Assembly (NCBI GenBank): GCA_016292775.1
Contig: JAEDFN010000002.1
Coordinates: 2,908 to 66,907, forward strand
Reading direction: 5' to 3'
Length of the DNA: 64,000 bases
Source of the DNA: Paludibacteraceae bacterium
Lineage (GTDB): Bacteria; Bacteroidota; Bacteroidia; Bacteroidales; Paludibacteraceae
Each line of letters begins with the position of its first letter. Position 1 is the stretch's first letter. Positions 1 to 10,456 of this stretch are shown here, piece by piece. Under the pieces are notes generated by a model. It had not been told where the DNA came from, searched no databases, and was given only the letters and a program-made list of their open reading frames with translations. The position numbers and the translations under genes were made by a program.

Positions 1-69
1 GGTATGGTGATGCTTGATGATACTACAATCTTGGATTTAGCAAAAAAAATATTGGACGAGCAAGCATAA
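1..69 (+). CDS. 3' end of an unidentified CDS that starts upstream of the window (...GMVMLDDTTILDLAKKILDEQA*)
   Basis: Frame 1 is open from base 1 to TAA at 67-69. A hairpin terminator follows. The fragment is too short to identify. Confidence 0.35.
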   Translation, partial: GMVMLDDTTILDLAKKILDEQA

Positions 70-93
70 TTGCTTTATATACGTTTTTCCAAT

Positions 94-138
94 AACAAGA
101 ATAATAAGGGAAATACTGTTTCCCCTATTATTCTTGTT
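94..138 (+). terminator. Rho-independent terminator for the upstream + strand gene
   Basis: Inverted repeat AACAAGAATAATA(A)GGG / CCC(C)TATTATTCTTGTT, followed by GTTTTTAT. Confidence 0.55.
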
Positions 139-181
139 GTTTTTATGTCATAGACTAAACTATTAATACAGAATAAAATAA

Positions 182-215
182 AAAGAGGTTGCGCCAATTT
201 TGACGCAACCTCTTT
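182..215 (-). terminator. Rho-independent terminator of groES-groEL
   Basis: 12-bp inverted repeat AAAGAGGTTGCG / CGCAACCTCTTT, 30 nt after the groEL stop. A T-rich run follows on the minus strand. Confidence 0.65.
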
Positions 216-244
216 GTTTTTATAATGATAAATAGGAGTGATTA

Positions 245-1891
<1,647 letters not shown>

Positions 1892-1898
1892 TTAATTA

Positions 1899-2168
1899 TT
1901 AGATTATTGCCAATACATCGCTTTGACGCATAATAAGATATTTTTCTCCTTCAAGCTCTAATTCCGTACCTGCATATTTGCCATAAAGTACAGTATCGCC
2001 AACTTTTAATACCATCTCTTCGTCTTTTGTGCCGTTGCCTACTGCTACAACACTGCCTTTTAATGGTTTTTCTTTTGCTGAATCAGGAATAATGATACCT
2101 CCAATTGTCTTTTCTTCTGCAGGAGCAGGTAATATTAATACTCTGTCTGCTAATGGTTTTACGTTCAT
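1899..2168 (-). CDS. groES: Co-chaperonin GroES (Cpn10)
   Basis: 89 aa. [12 protein letters not shown]...GGIIIP mobile-loop region. 19 nt upstream of groEL. Confidence 0.97.
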   Translation of the reverse strand: MNVKPLADRVLILPAPAEEKTIGGIIIPDSAKEKPLKGSVVAVGNGTKDEEMVLKVGDTVLYGKYAGTELELEGEKYLIMRQSDVLAII

Positions 2169-2274
2169 AGTTAATATATTTTATTTGTTTTGTTTTTATT
2201 TTCTGAACTCTGCGTTCACTATATCTACATCAAATAGTGTGCCATATTGATATTTTATTTCTACTTTTGGTTTT

Positions 2275-3306
2275 TTATGCCATCTTGTCATTGCTTGGTT
2301 TGGTTTTCGATGCTTTTATCAATAGTCTGTATAGTAAGAATAAATATAGTGGTAGTAGCGTCAATATTATGTTTGTAATGTAATGAATAATACCTACTTG
2401 TTTAATCTCAATGTTATCTATTGTTATGGCTGTATATATTATTGTTGTTATTAATGATATTATAAAATAATATATCACTCTGAATTTCTTTTTTGATTCT
2501 TCATCCGGAATTATTTTTTTGATAATTTTATATCGTTTTGTAGGCATGGAAAATCGCTCTATGCTTATTTCTAACGGATATATTATTATCATAAGTATAA
2601 ATATTATAGATATGTAGCTATCGAATGTTGTTTCGTATAATATGAAGTTGTAGCTTAATACTAAGGGCTTTATTGATAGTAGTAATACTAATGGTGTTGT
2701 GTATTTTAATATTTGAAGTATAGGATAGATTATAATACGGGTTTCGTATTTTGTGCTGTTGTATATGCAAAAGCATATGTGACAAATAAGAGATAGTAAT
2801 GAGGCTGATATATAATGTTTTAGAATGAATAATCTGAATATTGGTGAGATGGATAGGATTATCAATGATAAGATTAATGGAATAAAATGTGTGATATATA
2901 TCAATCTTATGTTTTTTTGAATAGTGCTTGCTTGGGTTGTTGTGAGCCGTAATGACACTTTGTCTTTTTTTACTGCATTGATATCGTTTAAAATATAGCC
3001 TAATTCATAAATGTAATAGTGCGAAAAAGTGAATAAGAGAACGGAGAGGATGTAGATTATTGAATAGTGAAATTGTACATTGCACGTTCCCAAGTTGTTA
3101 CTTGCATTATAGTTGTTGAATGCATTATATATCATATAGCATCCGCCTGCCAATATCCAATATAATATTGGAAATAGATGGATAAACATCCAAGAAATCA
3201 ATCTTTTTGAAGAGTGATTTAATCGGATATTATACAGATATTTATACGGAATTAATGCAGTGTATAATATTTCCTTATCGCTTGAAAGTGTTGTTTTGTT
3301 CTTCAT
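2275..3306 (-). CDS. Polytopic integral membrane protein, function unknown (about 9 hydrophobic segments)
   Basis: 343 aa, very hydrophobic and AT-rich. Contains LNDINAVKKD, which only partly resembles the UbiA NDxxDxxxD motif. Last gene of an overlapping four-gene cassette; overlaps the HAD-like gene by 32 nt. Confidence 0.75.
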   Translation of the reverse strand: MKNKTTLSSDKEILYTALIPYKYLYNIRLNHSSKRLISWMFIHLFPILYWILAGGCYMIYNAFNNYNASNNLGTCNVQFHYSIIYILSVLLFTFSHYYIYELGYILNDINAVKKDKVSLRLTTTQASTIQKNIRLIYITHFIPLILSLIILSISPIFRLFILKHYISASLLSLICHICFCIYNSTKYETRIIIYPILQILKYTTPLVLLLSIKPLVLSYNFILYETTFDSYISIIFILMIIIYPLEISIERFSMPTKRYKIIKKIIPDEESKKKFRVIYYFIISLITTIIYTAITIDNIEIKQVGIIHYITNIILTLLPLYLFLLYRLLIKASKTKPSNDKMA

Positions 3307-3946
3307 AATAAGTTATGCCGGAATTGCAATTTTTAAGAGAAAAAATCCATCTTTTTTTGTTGTTATAGCATATGGCTATACCTTGTTCCGAATAGTAAAA
3401 TAATTTGTGATCGGCAATATTATCGGTAATTACAATAGAATATGGAGGAAAAATATTCCTTTTATTTAGAGCTTTTATTTTGTTTCTTAAATTATCTTTT
3501 TTTATTTTGCCGGTGCATATATCTTCGTTGTATTCAAGTGGGGAAGAAATTTCCGTACAGTTTATATATTCTGCAATTTTTTCGGCGATAGGAGAAATGG
3601 TTCCGGAAATGAGTACAATGGGTGTGTTTTTTTTCTGTAAATCAGAGATGATTTGCCAAACTTTTGTGTTTTTTCGCTCTAAGAGATAGGATTGGTAGAA
3701 TTCATCTGCCATCTGTTCGATTACCTCTTTACGCATTCCTTTTAAGTAGTTTACAGCTCGTAATCTAAAATAATCGTAATGAAAAAGACGGTATATAATA
3801 TTGTTGATTATCAATAATAGCTTATTGTCCATTCTTTTACGAAGGCGTATATACTTTGGATTTTTTATGTAATAATCCAAAAAATCGAAAGTGGTATTTG
3901 AATAAAAGAGTGTTCCACAGATGTCTATGAGTGCTGCATTTCTCAT
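3275..3946 (-). CDS. HAD-superfamily (subfamily IB-like) hydrolase with atypical motif I (DICGT)
   Basis: 223 aa. N-terminal AALIDICGTLF (motif I), VLISGT (motif II), a conserved Lys region, and ITDNIADHKL (motif IV-like). ATGA start/stop overlap with the upstream GT gene. Confidence 0.7.
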   Translation of the reverse strand: MRNAALIDICGTLFYSNTTFDFLDYYIKNPKYIRLRKRMDNKLLLIINNIIYRLFHYDYFRLRAVNYLKGMRKEVIEQMADEFYQSYLLERKNTKVWQIISDLQKKNTPIVLISGTISPIAEKIAEYINCTEISSPLEYNEDICTGKIKKDNLRNKIKALNKRNIFPPYSIVITDNIADHKLFYYSEQGIAICYNNKKRWIFSLKNCNSGITYYEEQNNTFKR

Positions 3947-5148
3947 TTTTTATAAAGAGATTTTAGATGATTGATTAATAATGTGGTTTGATGTTGTCTT
4001 GAAAACATATTGATGTTTACAGAATTCGCATGTGTACTATTGCTCGTTTGCCATGTTTTGTATTGAGATAATATGAAGTCAATAACTTCATCTTTGTTTG
4101 ATGTAGCAATACCGGAATTGGTATCTGTGATGATATTATGTAGTTCGCTTTTGCTGCAATTTGTACAGAGTATCGGTTTTTCACATCCCATTGCTTCGTA
4201 CACTTTTGTTGTCATAATTCCTTGAGTATCATTACTTGAAAGTACAAGGCATATGCTGCTCCGCAGTAGTATCTCAGGTATGAATTTTCGTTCTACATAA
4301 TCGTACAAATATGTAATATGTTTTAATTTGAATTTTTCGGCTGTTTTTATTATCTCGTGATGAGTATTATTTGCTGTGTACCAAACAAGGCGAATAGAGC
4401 TTGTGTCAATTAAATTTTTCTCTACTATTTCTTGTAATGCACTGAATAGTAGGGTAGTATCTTGCATTTCATTCCCGTACCAGCGACCTGTATAAACAAT
4501 ATCAAAATAGTTCGATTTTATCGGAGTAAAATAGAATTCTTGATTATCAAAGCCATTGTATATTAATAGTGTATTGGGGTTGATTTGTTTGATATAGTCA
4601 ACATGCCATTGAGATACGCTACTGATGGAGTCGGCCAATTTTAGAATTTTGTTTCTGCGATTGATATTAATTTTTCTGTAAATAGTGCCAATTACATCTA
4701 ATCTGGATAATTTACTTTTGTTGTATACGTTGATATCGCATTGTTCCGCAATATCACGAAGGTCGATATGTAGAGGAATATTTTTCTTTTTAGCTACATA
4801 ATAGGCACTTTTTAATCCGAATGTATGAAATGTACTGCAGAAAACCAAATCAAAATCAGTGTCTTTGGTGAGGGATAGAATTTTTTTTGTGAAATAATTG
4901 TTTTTGTAATCGCAGCATAAAGAACACACATTTTTTATCACCCATTCTATTTTTCCTATGATACCTTTGTGTTTATAGAATGGTATTTGGATAAAATCGG
5001 CGTTAATTTTAAATGGAATATCTTGATATTTTTCAGATATCCATGTTACTTTAATACCCTGTTCTACAAGAGAATTACAGAGGAAATTTACACGAACATT
5101 GTATAATGGTTGCGTTAAAGCGTCAGTGATAATTAGTATTTTTTTCAT
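3943..5148 (-). CDS. Glycosyltransferase, GT-B fold (GT4-like)
   Basis: 401 aa. MKKILIITD... N-terminus and a C-terminal KVYEAMGCEKPIL (E-x7-E-type region) typical of GT4/GT1-fold enzymes. 4-nt overlaps on both sides. Confidence 0.75.
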   Translation of the reverse strand: MKKILIITDALTQPLYNVRVNFLCNSLVEQGIKVTWISEKYQDIPFKINADFIQIPFYKHKGIIGKIEWVIKNVCSLCCDYKNNYFTKKILSLTKDTDFDLVFCSTFHTFGLKSAYYVAKKKNIPLHIDLRDIAEQCDINVYNKSKLSRLDVIGTIYRKININRRNKILKLADSISSVSQWHVDYIKQINPNTLLIYNGFDNQEFYFTPIKSNYFDIVYTGRWYGNEMQDTTLLFSALQEIVEKNLIDTSSIRLVWYTANNTHHEIIKTAEKFKLKHITYLYDYVERKFIPEILLRSSICLVLSSNDTQGIMTTKVYEAMGCEKPILCTNCSKSELHNIITDTNSGIATSNKDEVIDFILSQYKTWQTSNSTHANSVNINMFSRQHQTTLLINHLKSLYKK

Positions 5149-6404
5149 AATAATTCATTTATCACTTTATTATACAGTTCTTCGTGATATGATTTTGGGT
5201 TCAGAGAGGTGTTATGCCAGAGTAAACAGATGTCTCCTTTGTGGTATTTTATTGTATTGATTGTTTTTTTACAAATATCAAATGCCTCTTCTATGTTGAG
5301 TTCCATATAGTTACTTAGCGTAGCATCCATTATAGATAACGGATGAAGGATAAGATTTGAAATTTGTTTTGTTTTTGGATTAATATAGTTTACTGCACGA
5401 GTTGTTCCTAATCTGTATGCAACCATGTCGGCATAGCAAACGGAGAAGTCGTCGGTGATTCCGTTTTTGAAAAGAATTTCCATTTCCGTAGGTTCCGGAA
5501 TACGGAGATAATGCCATCTGTTATAGCGGATTGTTTGCTTTAATGCACTCTGTAATTTGTTTAATTCAAAATTTATCAGAGATGTGTTCTTTCCGCTTTG
5601 GTAGCTGGTGTGAAGTCCCGGATGTGTGTTGTTATCACTTATTTTATTTAAGAAGTAATTGAAATCTTTGTCGGTGAGACTATATCCCGGATAGTCAAAG
5701 CCTTTAACTTTTTTTGCGGCTTTAATAAAATAGATTATTTCTGCATCGGGGATTTTTTTGTCGGCCTTTATTAATTTGTTAAAAGAAAAAGCGGGGTCGT
5801 TTTCAATATTTTTTATGGAATTAAAAATAGAAGAAAAACTGTCTGTATCACTGCCTTTTATAGATCGTAAAGCACCTCCCAAAGCCCCTCTTAATCTGCG
5901 GTAAAGAGATAGAGTATCTACATCATGGGTAAGATATATTTTGGGTTTGGATGATATTGGTGCTACATCCACACCGGCAGTAGTAAGCAAATTTCTTAAA
6001 AAATCGCTATATTCATCTACGATAGGATGTGCTAAATATCCGGCATGACTTGCAAAAGAAGATTTGCCGATATATCTGCCGTGGATGTCAAGATTTGTGT
6101 TAGGGGAAACGTATTCTTCGTATCTGGATAGTACAAAGAATGATGCAGCGATAATATCCGAGTGGCAAACGATAGTGTCATTGACTCTCTCTATCAAAGG
6201 CTTACCGAATAATACCGGTGTGTTTTCAAGTTTCGCTATCGGTAATTTTGGTAATGATTTTCGAGTGCCGTAGGCATCGCTGTCGAAAAAACCGGATGGG
6301 ACGATAATTACTTTATATTCATCACAATGCTCCTTTGTACAATAGCCCACAAATTTTGATAGTGAGCTATCGCGCAATAGAAAGTTGATGATATAATTAA
6401 TCAT
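5145..6404 (-). CDS. Polysaccharide deacetylase-like (CE4-superfamily-like) protein with an extra N-terminal domain
   Basis: 419 aa. Motifs YLTHDVDTL, GLHTSY, NRWHYLR and LLWHNTS recall divergent polysaccharide deacetylase families. The assignment rests on motif recollection only. Confidence 0.55.
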   Translation of the reverse strand: MINYIINFLLRDSSLSKFVGYCTKEHCDEYKVIIVPSGFFDSDAYGTRKSLPKLPIAKLENTPVLFGKPLIERVNDTIVCHSDIIAASFFVLSRYEEYVSPNTNLDIHGRYIGKSSFASHAGYLAHPIVDEYSDFLRNLLTTAGVDVAPISSKPKIYLTHDVDTLSLYRRLRGALGGALRSIKGSDTDSFSSIFNSIKNIENDPAFSFNKLIKADKKIPDAEIIYFIKAAKKVKGFDYPGYSLTDKDFNYFLNKISDNNTHPGLHTSYQSGKNTSLINFELNKLQSALKQTIRYNRWHYLRIPEPTEMEILFKNGITDDFSVCYADMVAYRLGTTRAVNYINPKTKQISNLILHPLSIMDATLSNYMELNIEEAFDICKKTINTIKYHKGDICLLWHNTSLNPKSYHEELYNKVINELL

Positions 6405-6421
6405 AATAAGTATAGTTATTA

Positions 6422-7543
6422 TTAATCTTCCTTTTTATTCTCTTTTTCTTCGTTGTTATCGAAGATAGAAGGGTCGAAAGGTTTTATTTCTTTTGGTTTA
6501 CGATCTTCCGGTTTTGGATAAGGGAGTGGGTTGGCGTGGATATCTTCGTACGTCTTTCTGTTTTTAACGATGTGAATAGCTGTGTATATAGCTTCTCTCA
6601 TCGAGAGTTCGTCAGCGATATTCTTTCCGGCTATGTCGTAGCCTGTGCCATGAGCGGGTGAAGTGCGAACAAAAGGTAGCCCTGCGGTGATGTTAACACC
6701 TCTATCGCTTGAAAGTGCTTTGAAAGGAGCGAGACCTTGATCGTGATACATGGCAAGAATAGCATCATAATGCTTGAAATTTCCGGAGCCGAAAAGTCCG
6801 TCTGCAGCAAGAGGACCAACGCATATAATGTTTTCTTCTATAGCTTTTTCAATAGCAGGTTTTATCACTTCCAACTCCTCTTTGCCGAGAAGCCCGTTGT
6901 CTCCTGCATGAGGATTAAGCCCCAATACCGCTATTCGAGGACGGATAATATTAAAATCTTCTTGAAGTGATTTATTCAAGAGTCGTATTTTATTTAAAAT
7001 TTTACTTTCGGTTATTTCGTTTGCAACTTGAGAAATAGGAGTATGTGTAGTAACCAAAGCCACTCTAAGATTGTCGCACGCAAGAATCATTAAAGATTCA
7101 TTATCTGTTTTTGATTCGAGATACTCGGTATGACCCGGAAAATGGAATTTTTCACTTTGAATGCTACTTTTATTAATAGGAGCAGTAACAATAGCATCGA
7201 TGTTGCCTTGTAATAAATCTTGAGTTGCAACTTCAAGAGCTTCGAAGGCAGACTTTCCTGCCTCCGGAGTCGGTTGCCCGAGGTCTACTTTCGGCTCTTC
7301 GTCAGAAGTGTTTACAATGCTAATTTTATGAGGGTTTACATCTTGTGCAGAGCGAGAAACACTGATAGTGTAACTGTCGATACCTAAGGATTTTTTGTGA
7401 TAACTGGCAGCTTTGGCAGAGCCATAAATGATTGGAGTGCAGTGTTCTAAAATATGTTGGTCGGCAAGAGCTTTTAGAATAACTTCATAGCTTATGCCGT
7501 TAATGTCACCTTGAGTAATTCCTATTTTGAGTTTTTGATCCAT
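6422..7543 (-). CDS. pdxA: 4-hydroxythreonine-4-phosphate dehydrogenase PdxA
   Basis: 373 aa. KIGITQGDINGI..., FPGHTEYL and HGTGYDIAG motifs. Has a charged, low-complexity C-terminal tail of about 40 aa. Confidence 0.93.
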   Translation of the reverse strand: MDQKLKIGITQGDINGISYEVILKALADQHILEHCTPIIYGSAKAASYHKKSLGIDSYTISVSRSAQDVNPHKISIVNTSDEEPKVDLGQPTPEAGKSAFEALEVATQDLLQGNIDAIVTAPINKSSIQSEKFHFPGHTEYLESKTDNESLMILACDNLRVALVTTHTPISQVANEITESKILNKIRLLNKSLQEDFNIIRPRIAVLGLNPHAGDNGLLGKEELEVIKPAIEKAIEENIICVGPLAADGLFGSGNFKHYDAILAMYHDQGLAPFKALSSDRGVNITAGLPFVRTSPAHGTGYDIAGKNIADELSMREAIYTAIHIVKNRKTYEDIHANPLPYPKPEDRKPKEIKPFDPSIFDNNEEKENKKED

Positions 7544-7545
7544 AT

Positions 7546-8583
7546 TTATTCTGTTTTTTTAGAAGCATTTACTGTTACTTGATTTATTTCGTGAGGCAGA
7601 AGAATGGAGTATACCATAGCATCCATCTGTCTTAATGGGTTGCGTTTGTTGTAACCGGGTGCAAAAACGAATCCTTCTACCGTTATTATCTTTTTGTTTA
7701 ATTCATCAATACGGGTAATAGAGACGAAAGGACCTCCCATAATTTCGCCGTCAATCATTCTCCATAGACCGCGAGTTTCCGCAGCCCATGCGCTGTTAAG
7801 GTTTATAATCTTTGTTTCCGGAGGTTCGTGTCGGTATTCCGTGCCAACATAAGACCCCTTTACGCCTCCCGGAACGTTGATTTTGAAAACGGAATCTCTC
7901 CTGCTTAATATGGCTTCATAAGTCAGTTGCTCTGTAGAGTAGTAAGGTACGGAGTATATGATAAAATCCTGACGTATAGTGCTACTACCATTGGTAATCC
8001 ATAAAAAGTTCTCCCCATCGATATATTTGTTCATTGAGGTTGGAATAGCGATATTACAGCCGAATTTTTTATAAACCATAGTGAGAGCTTCTTTATTCAT
8101 GTTGCTCAAATAATATGATTTCATTCTTTCTCGTTCCGCTTTAACAATAAAGTCGATAATTTTCTGACCTGATTTTTGCAGCGCGATATCGAGGGATTCA
8201 GTATCCGGTGCGGTAATGGTGACAACGGCTTGAGTATTTGCCCAAATGCTATTAGTAAGATGAATTTTTGGGGTAGTATACTCTTGGTTGTTAACGTCAA
8301 CGATGATGATATTTCTTGTGGTTTTCAATAAATTATCAAAAAGAGCAGGCTTAAGGCGGGAGATTTGAAATTGAGGTTCCGCTTGAGGAAGATGCTCTAC
8401 AGGTGATTGGAGGATGTTGAATAACGTCTCCCCTGCAGCTGATTTATAGACGCTGTCTTCTATAATCCATAATACCTCGAAAGCCGCTCCGGATACGTTC
8501 GGCTTGAATGTGTTACTGCTTGGTTTGCAACTGATATTTAGTAGTACAGTGATAATTAGTACAAAAAAAACGGTTTTTTTCAT
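7546..8583 (-). CDS. Conserved Bacteroidota lipoprotein (DUF4837-like)
   Basis: 345 aa. Signal peptide with lipobox LNISC. 2 nt upstream of pdxA. The family name is from memory. Confidence 0.7.
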   Translation of the reverse strand: MKKTVFFVLIITVLLNISCKPSSNTFKPNVSGAAFEVLWIIEDSVYKSAAGETLFNILQSPVEHLPQAEPQFQISRLKPALFDNLLKTTRNIIIVDVNNQEYTTPKIHLTNSIWANTQAVVTITAPDTESLDIALQKSGQKIIDFIVKAERERMKSYYLSNMNKEALTMVYKKFGCNIAIPTSMNKYIDGENFLWITNGSSTIRQDFIIYSVPYYSTEQLTYEAILSRRDSVFKINVPGGVKGSYVGTEYRHEPPETKIINLNSAWAAETRGLWRMIDGEIMGGPFVSITRIDELNKKIITVEGFVFAPGYNKRNPLRQMDAMVYSILLPHEINQVTVNASKKTE

Positions 8584-8611
8584 GAGTAAATATCATTTTT
8601 TATTTATCTTG

Positions 8612-8619
8612 CAAAGTTA
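8612..8619 (-). promoter_or_regulatory. Bacteroides-type -7 box (TAACTTTG) upstream of the DUF4837-like/pdxA transcription unit
   Basis: Minus-strand TAACTTTG matches the TAnnTTTG consensus, about 29 nt upstream of the ATG at 8583. Confidence 0.45.
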
Positions 8620-8720
8620 CAAAAAACGTTTGAATAATCAACGTGATTTATTTGTTATTATTTGTAAATCGGAAGATATATATTTTTTGTTTCTATTTAT
8701 AGAAATTAAAAAAACAAAAT

Positions 8721-8758
8721 AAGAGGGTTATACGATTTATATTTCGTACAACCCTCTT
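8721..8758 (-). terminator. Rho-independent terminator after the 270-aa lipoprotein gene
   Basis: AAGAGGGTTATACG / CGTACAACCCTCTT inverted repeat, followed on the minus strand by ATTTTGTTTTTTT. Confidence 0.6.
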
Positions 8759-8782
8759 TGGATTATAGTATTTACTAATTAA

Positions 8783-9595
8783 TTAAAAATCACTTTCATC
8801 TATAGCTCTACTGTAGTAAATTAGCATGTTATCGTCGTGAGATGCATTGAAGTAGTATGCGTCTTTAGCTTCTTCTGTTGTTAAATTTACTATAGCACCA
8901 TTTTCTTCAATAATACTTTCTGTAGGTTTTTTACTTGTTATTGTGTTGACGTGGTTGATATAATCGGAATGTGTAGGATAATATCCGGAAGGGAAACCTG
9001 CCCCTTCTATGTATTCTTGCTCTTCTTCATCTCCGTTAGGTAATAAATAAAATACTCCACCAACCCAATAATTCCATGATTTCCAGTCCATATTATCATA
9101 AAGCCAATTGACGTTGAGTTGTACTTTATCATAATAGTCGTTTATCTCCATCGGTATATAGTATCCAAAGGCATGATTATCAGTAGAAATGGCGACAACA
9201 ATAATTGGGTTCATTGGCCAAATATCATTGGATATTTCGGCTAAATCAGCTTCCATTTGTTTGATTACATCGGCGTCTCCTTCAGCGTAAAATCTATTGA
9301 TATAATCTAAAAAGTCGTTATATTTGGTAGGAACGAAATAAGTTACATCCGGATCAAGTTCCATATTCGGAATTTGAGAGCGTTCGCAAAAATCAAATCC
9401 TTTCATTATTTTTATGGCTTCTTCTTTGTTTTTACCATATATTGCATTAACAACTTCAGTAATAGTTACATTGTAATTTTGTGGTGGCAATACTTTTTGT
9501 AATTTTTTATTGCTGTAAGGTCCGTTTAATCCGTCACAATTAACCATTAAAATTGATAATGTCAATACCATTAATAGATAGTAAATTTTTTTCAT
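8783..9595 (-). CDS. Hypothetical lipoprotein (270 aa)
   Basis: Signal peptide plus lipobox (LMVNC). Acidic, Tyr/Asn-rich mature part. No family recognised. Confidence 0.7.
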   Translation of the reverse strand: MKKIYYLLMVLTLSILMVNCDGLNGPYSNKKLQKVLPPQNYNVTITEVVNAIYGKNKEEAIKIMKGFDFCERSQIPNMELDPDVTYFVPTKYNDFLDYINRFYAEGDADVIKQMEADLAEISNDIWPMNPIIVVAISTDNHAFGYYIPMEINDYYDKVQLNVNWLYDNMDWKSWNYWVGGVFYLLPNGDEEEQEYIEGAGFPSGYYPTHSDYINHVNTITSKKPTESIIEENGAIVNLTTEEAKDAYYFNASHDDNMLIYYSRAIDESDF

Positions 9596-9650
9596 GCTTT
9601 TGTACTCTTGTTTGTGTCGAGCTCAACTTTAAATGATAAACTAAAAATGA

Positions 9651-10235
9651 TTATTTTTCAGTAAGTGTAATACTTGGGTATTTAGGTTCTTTGTCTATAT
9701 GAAATTTTACGGGATGAATTACATGCATATTAGTGTCGTTTAGACAAAGGATGTAATTAGGGTATTTAGTTTTGAATTGATCCACTAGTTCTTGAAAGTC
9801 GTATTTATTATTTCCCTTAATTACGGTTGTTTCTGTTGTGCCATCTTCATTCTCTGTTATAATAGTTGAATAATTATTAAATAGCGACAATATAGAAGTT
9901 GAAACACCATTTACATAAAGTTGATCAGTGAGAAAATAGTAACTTGTACCATTATTTGTACTCTTTTGAATATAAAGATTGTTGTCACAATCTTCGTATT
10001 GTGTGCCTTCCAAACTTTCCCAACTGGTATATTGTACTTTGTCGGATGGTTTATAAGTTTGAGTAAATTTTCTACCATCTTTATAATAGATACTTGTTAC
10101 TTTTATTGTATCGTAATTAGATAGAAAAGTATGAATTTCGATGTTGCCTTCAGTATAACATTGATGATATGGGCAACCTTGTAATACTATCATAAGTAGT
10201 GCAAGAATAATTGAAAATAGAACTGTTTTTTTCAT
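9651..10235 (-). CDS. Hypothetical lipoprotein (194 aa)
   Basis: Signal peptide plus lipobox (VLQGC). No family recognised. Probably co-transcribed with 8783-9595. Confidence 0.7.
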   Translation of the reverse strand: MKKTVLFSIILALLMIVLQGCPYHQCYTEGNIEIHTFLSNYDTIKVTSIYYKDGRKFTQTYKPSDKVQYTSWESLEGTQYEDCDNNLYIQKSTNNGTSYYFLTDQLYVNGVSTSILSLFNNYSTIITENEDGTTETTVIKGNNKYDFQELVDQFKTKYPNYILCLNDTNMHVIHPVKFHIDKEPKYPSITLTEK

Positions 10236-10406
10236 AAGTTTATCTCCTATATTTAAGTTAATATTTTTTTAATCCATAATGTAAATTCCATAAATTAACC
10301 CTTCTCATGTACGGCTCATAGGATGGTGCTGTAGTAACCCCGGTTCTTTGTTTTCGAGTTAGGTATATTTTTTTTGATGGAGATACGGAGTTTATTTATT
10401 TTGTTG

Positions 10407-10414
10407 CAAATATA
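10407..10414 (-). promoter_or_regulatory. Candidate -7 box (TATATTTG) for the two-lipoprotein unit
   Basis: Minus-strand TATATTTG matches TAnnTTTG. It lies about 170 nt upstream of the ATG at 10235 and 23 nt downstream of the A19 tract. Confidence 0.4.
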
Positions 10415-10437
10415 ATAAATTTTTTTAATATAGTTGA

Positions 10438-10456
10438 TTTTTTTTTTTTTTTTTTT
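10438..10456. repeat. Homopolymer: T19 on the + strand (A19 on the gene-sense minus strand)
   Basis: Counted directly: 19 consecutive T from 10438 to 10456. Confidence 0.95.

Noticed and set aside
6422-6540. Charged low-complexity C-terminal tail on PdxA (…PKPEDRKPKEIKPFDPSIFDNNEEKENKKED)
   Set aside because: It is probably a lineage-typical disordered extension. I see no sign of a frameshift or a fused domain, and I cannot judge novelty without alignments.
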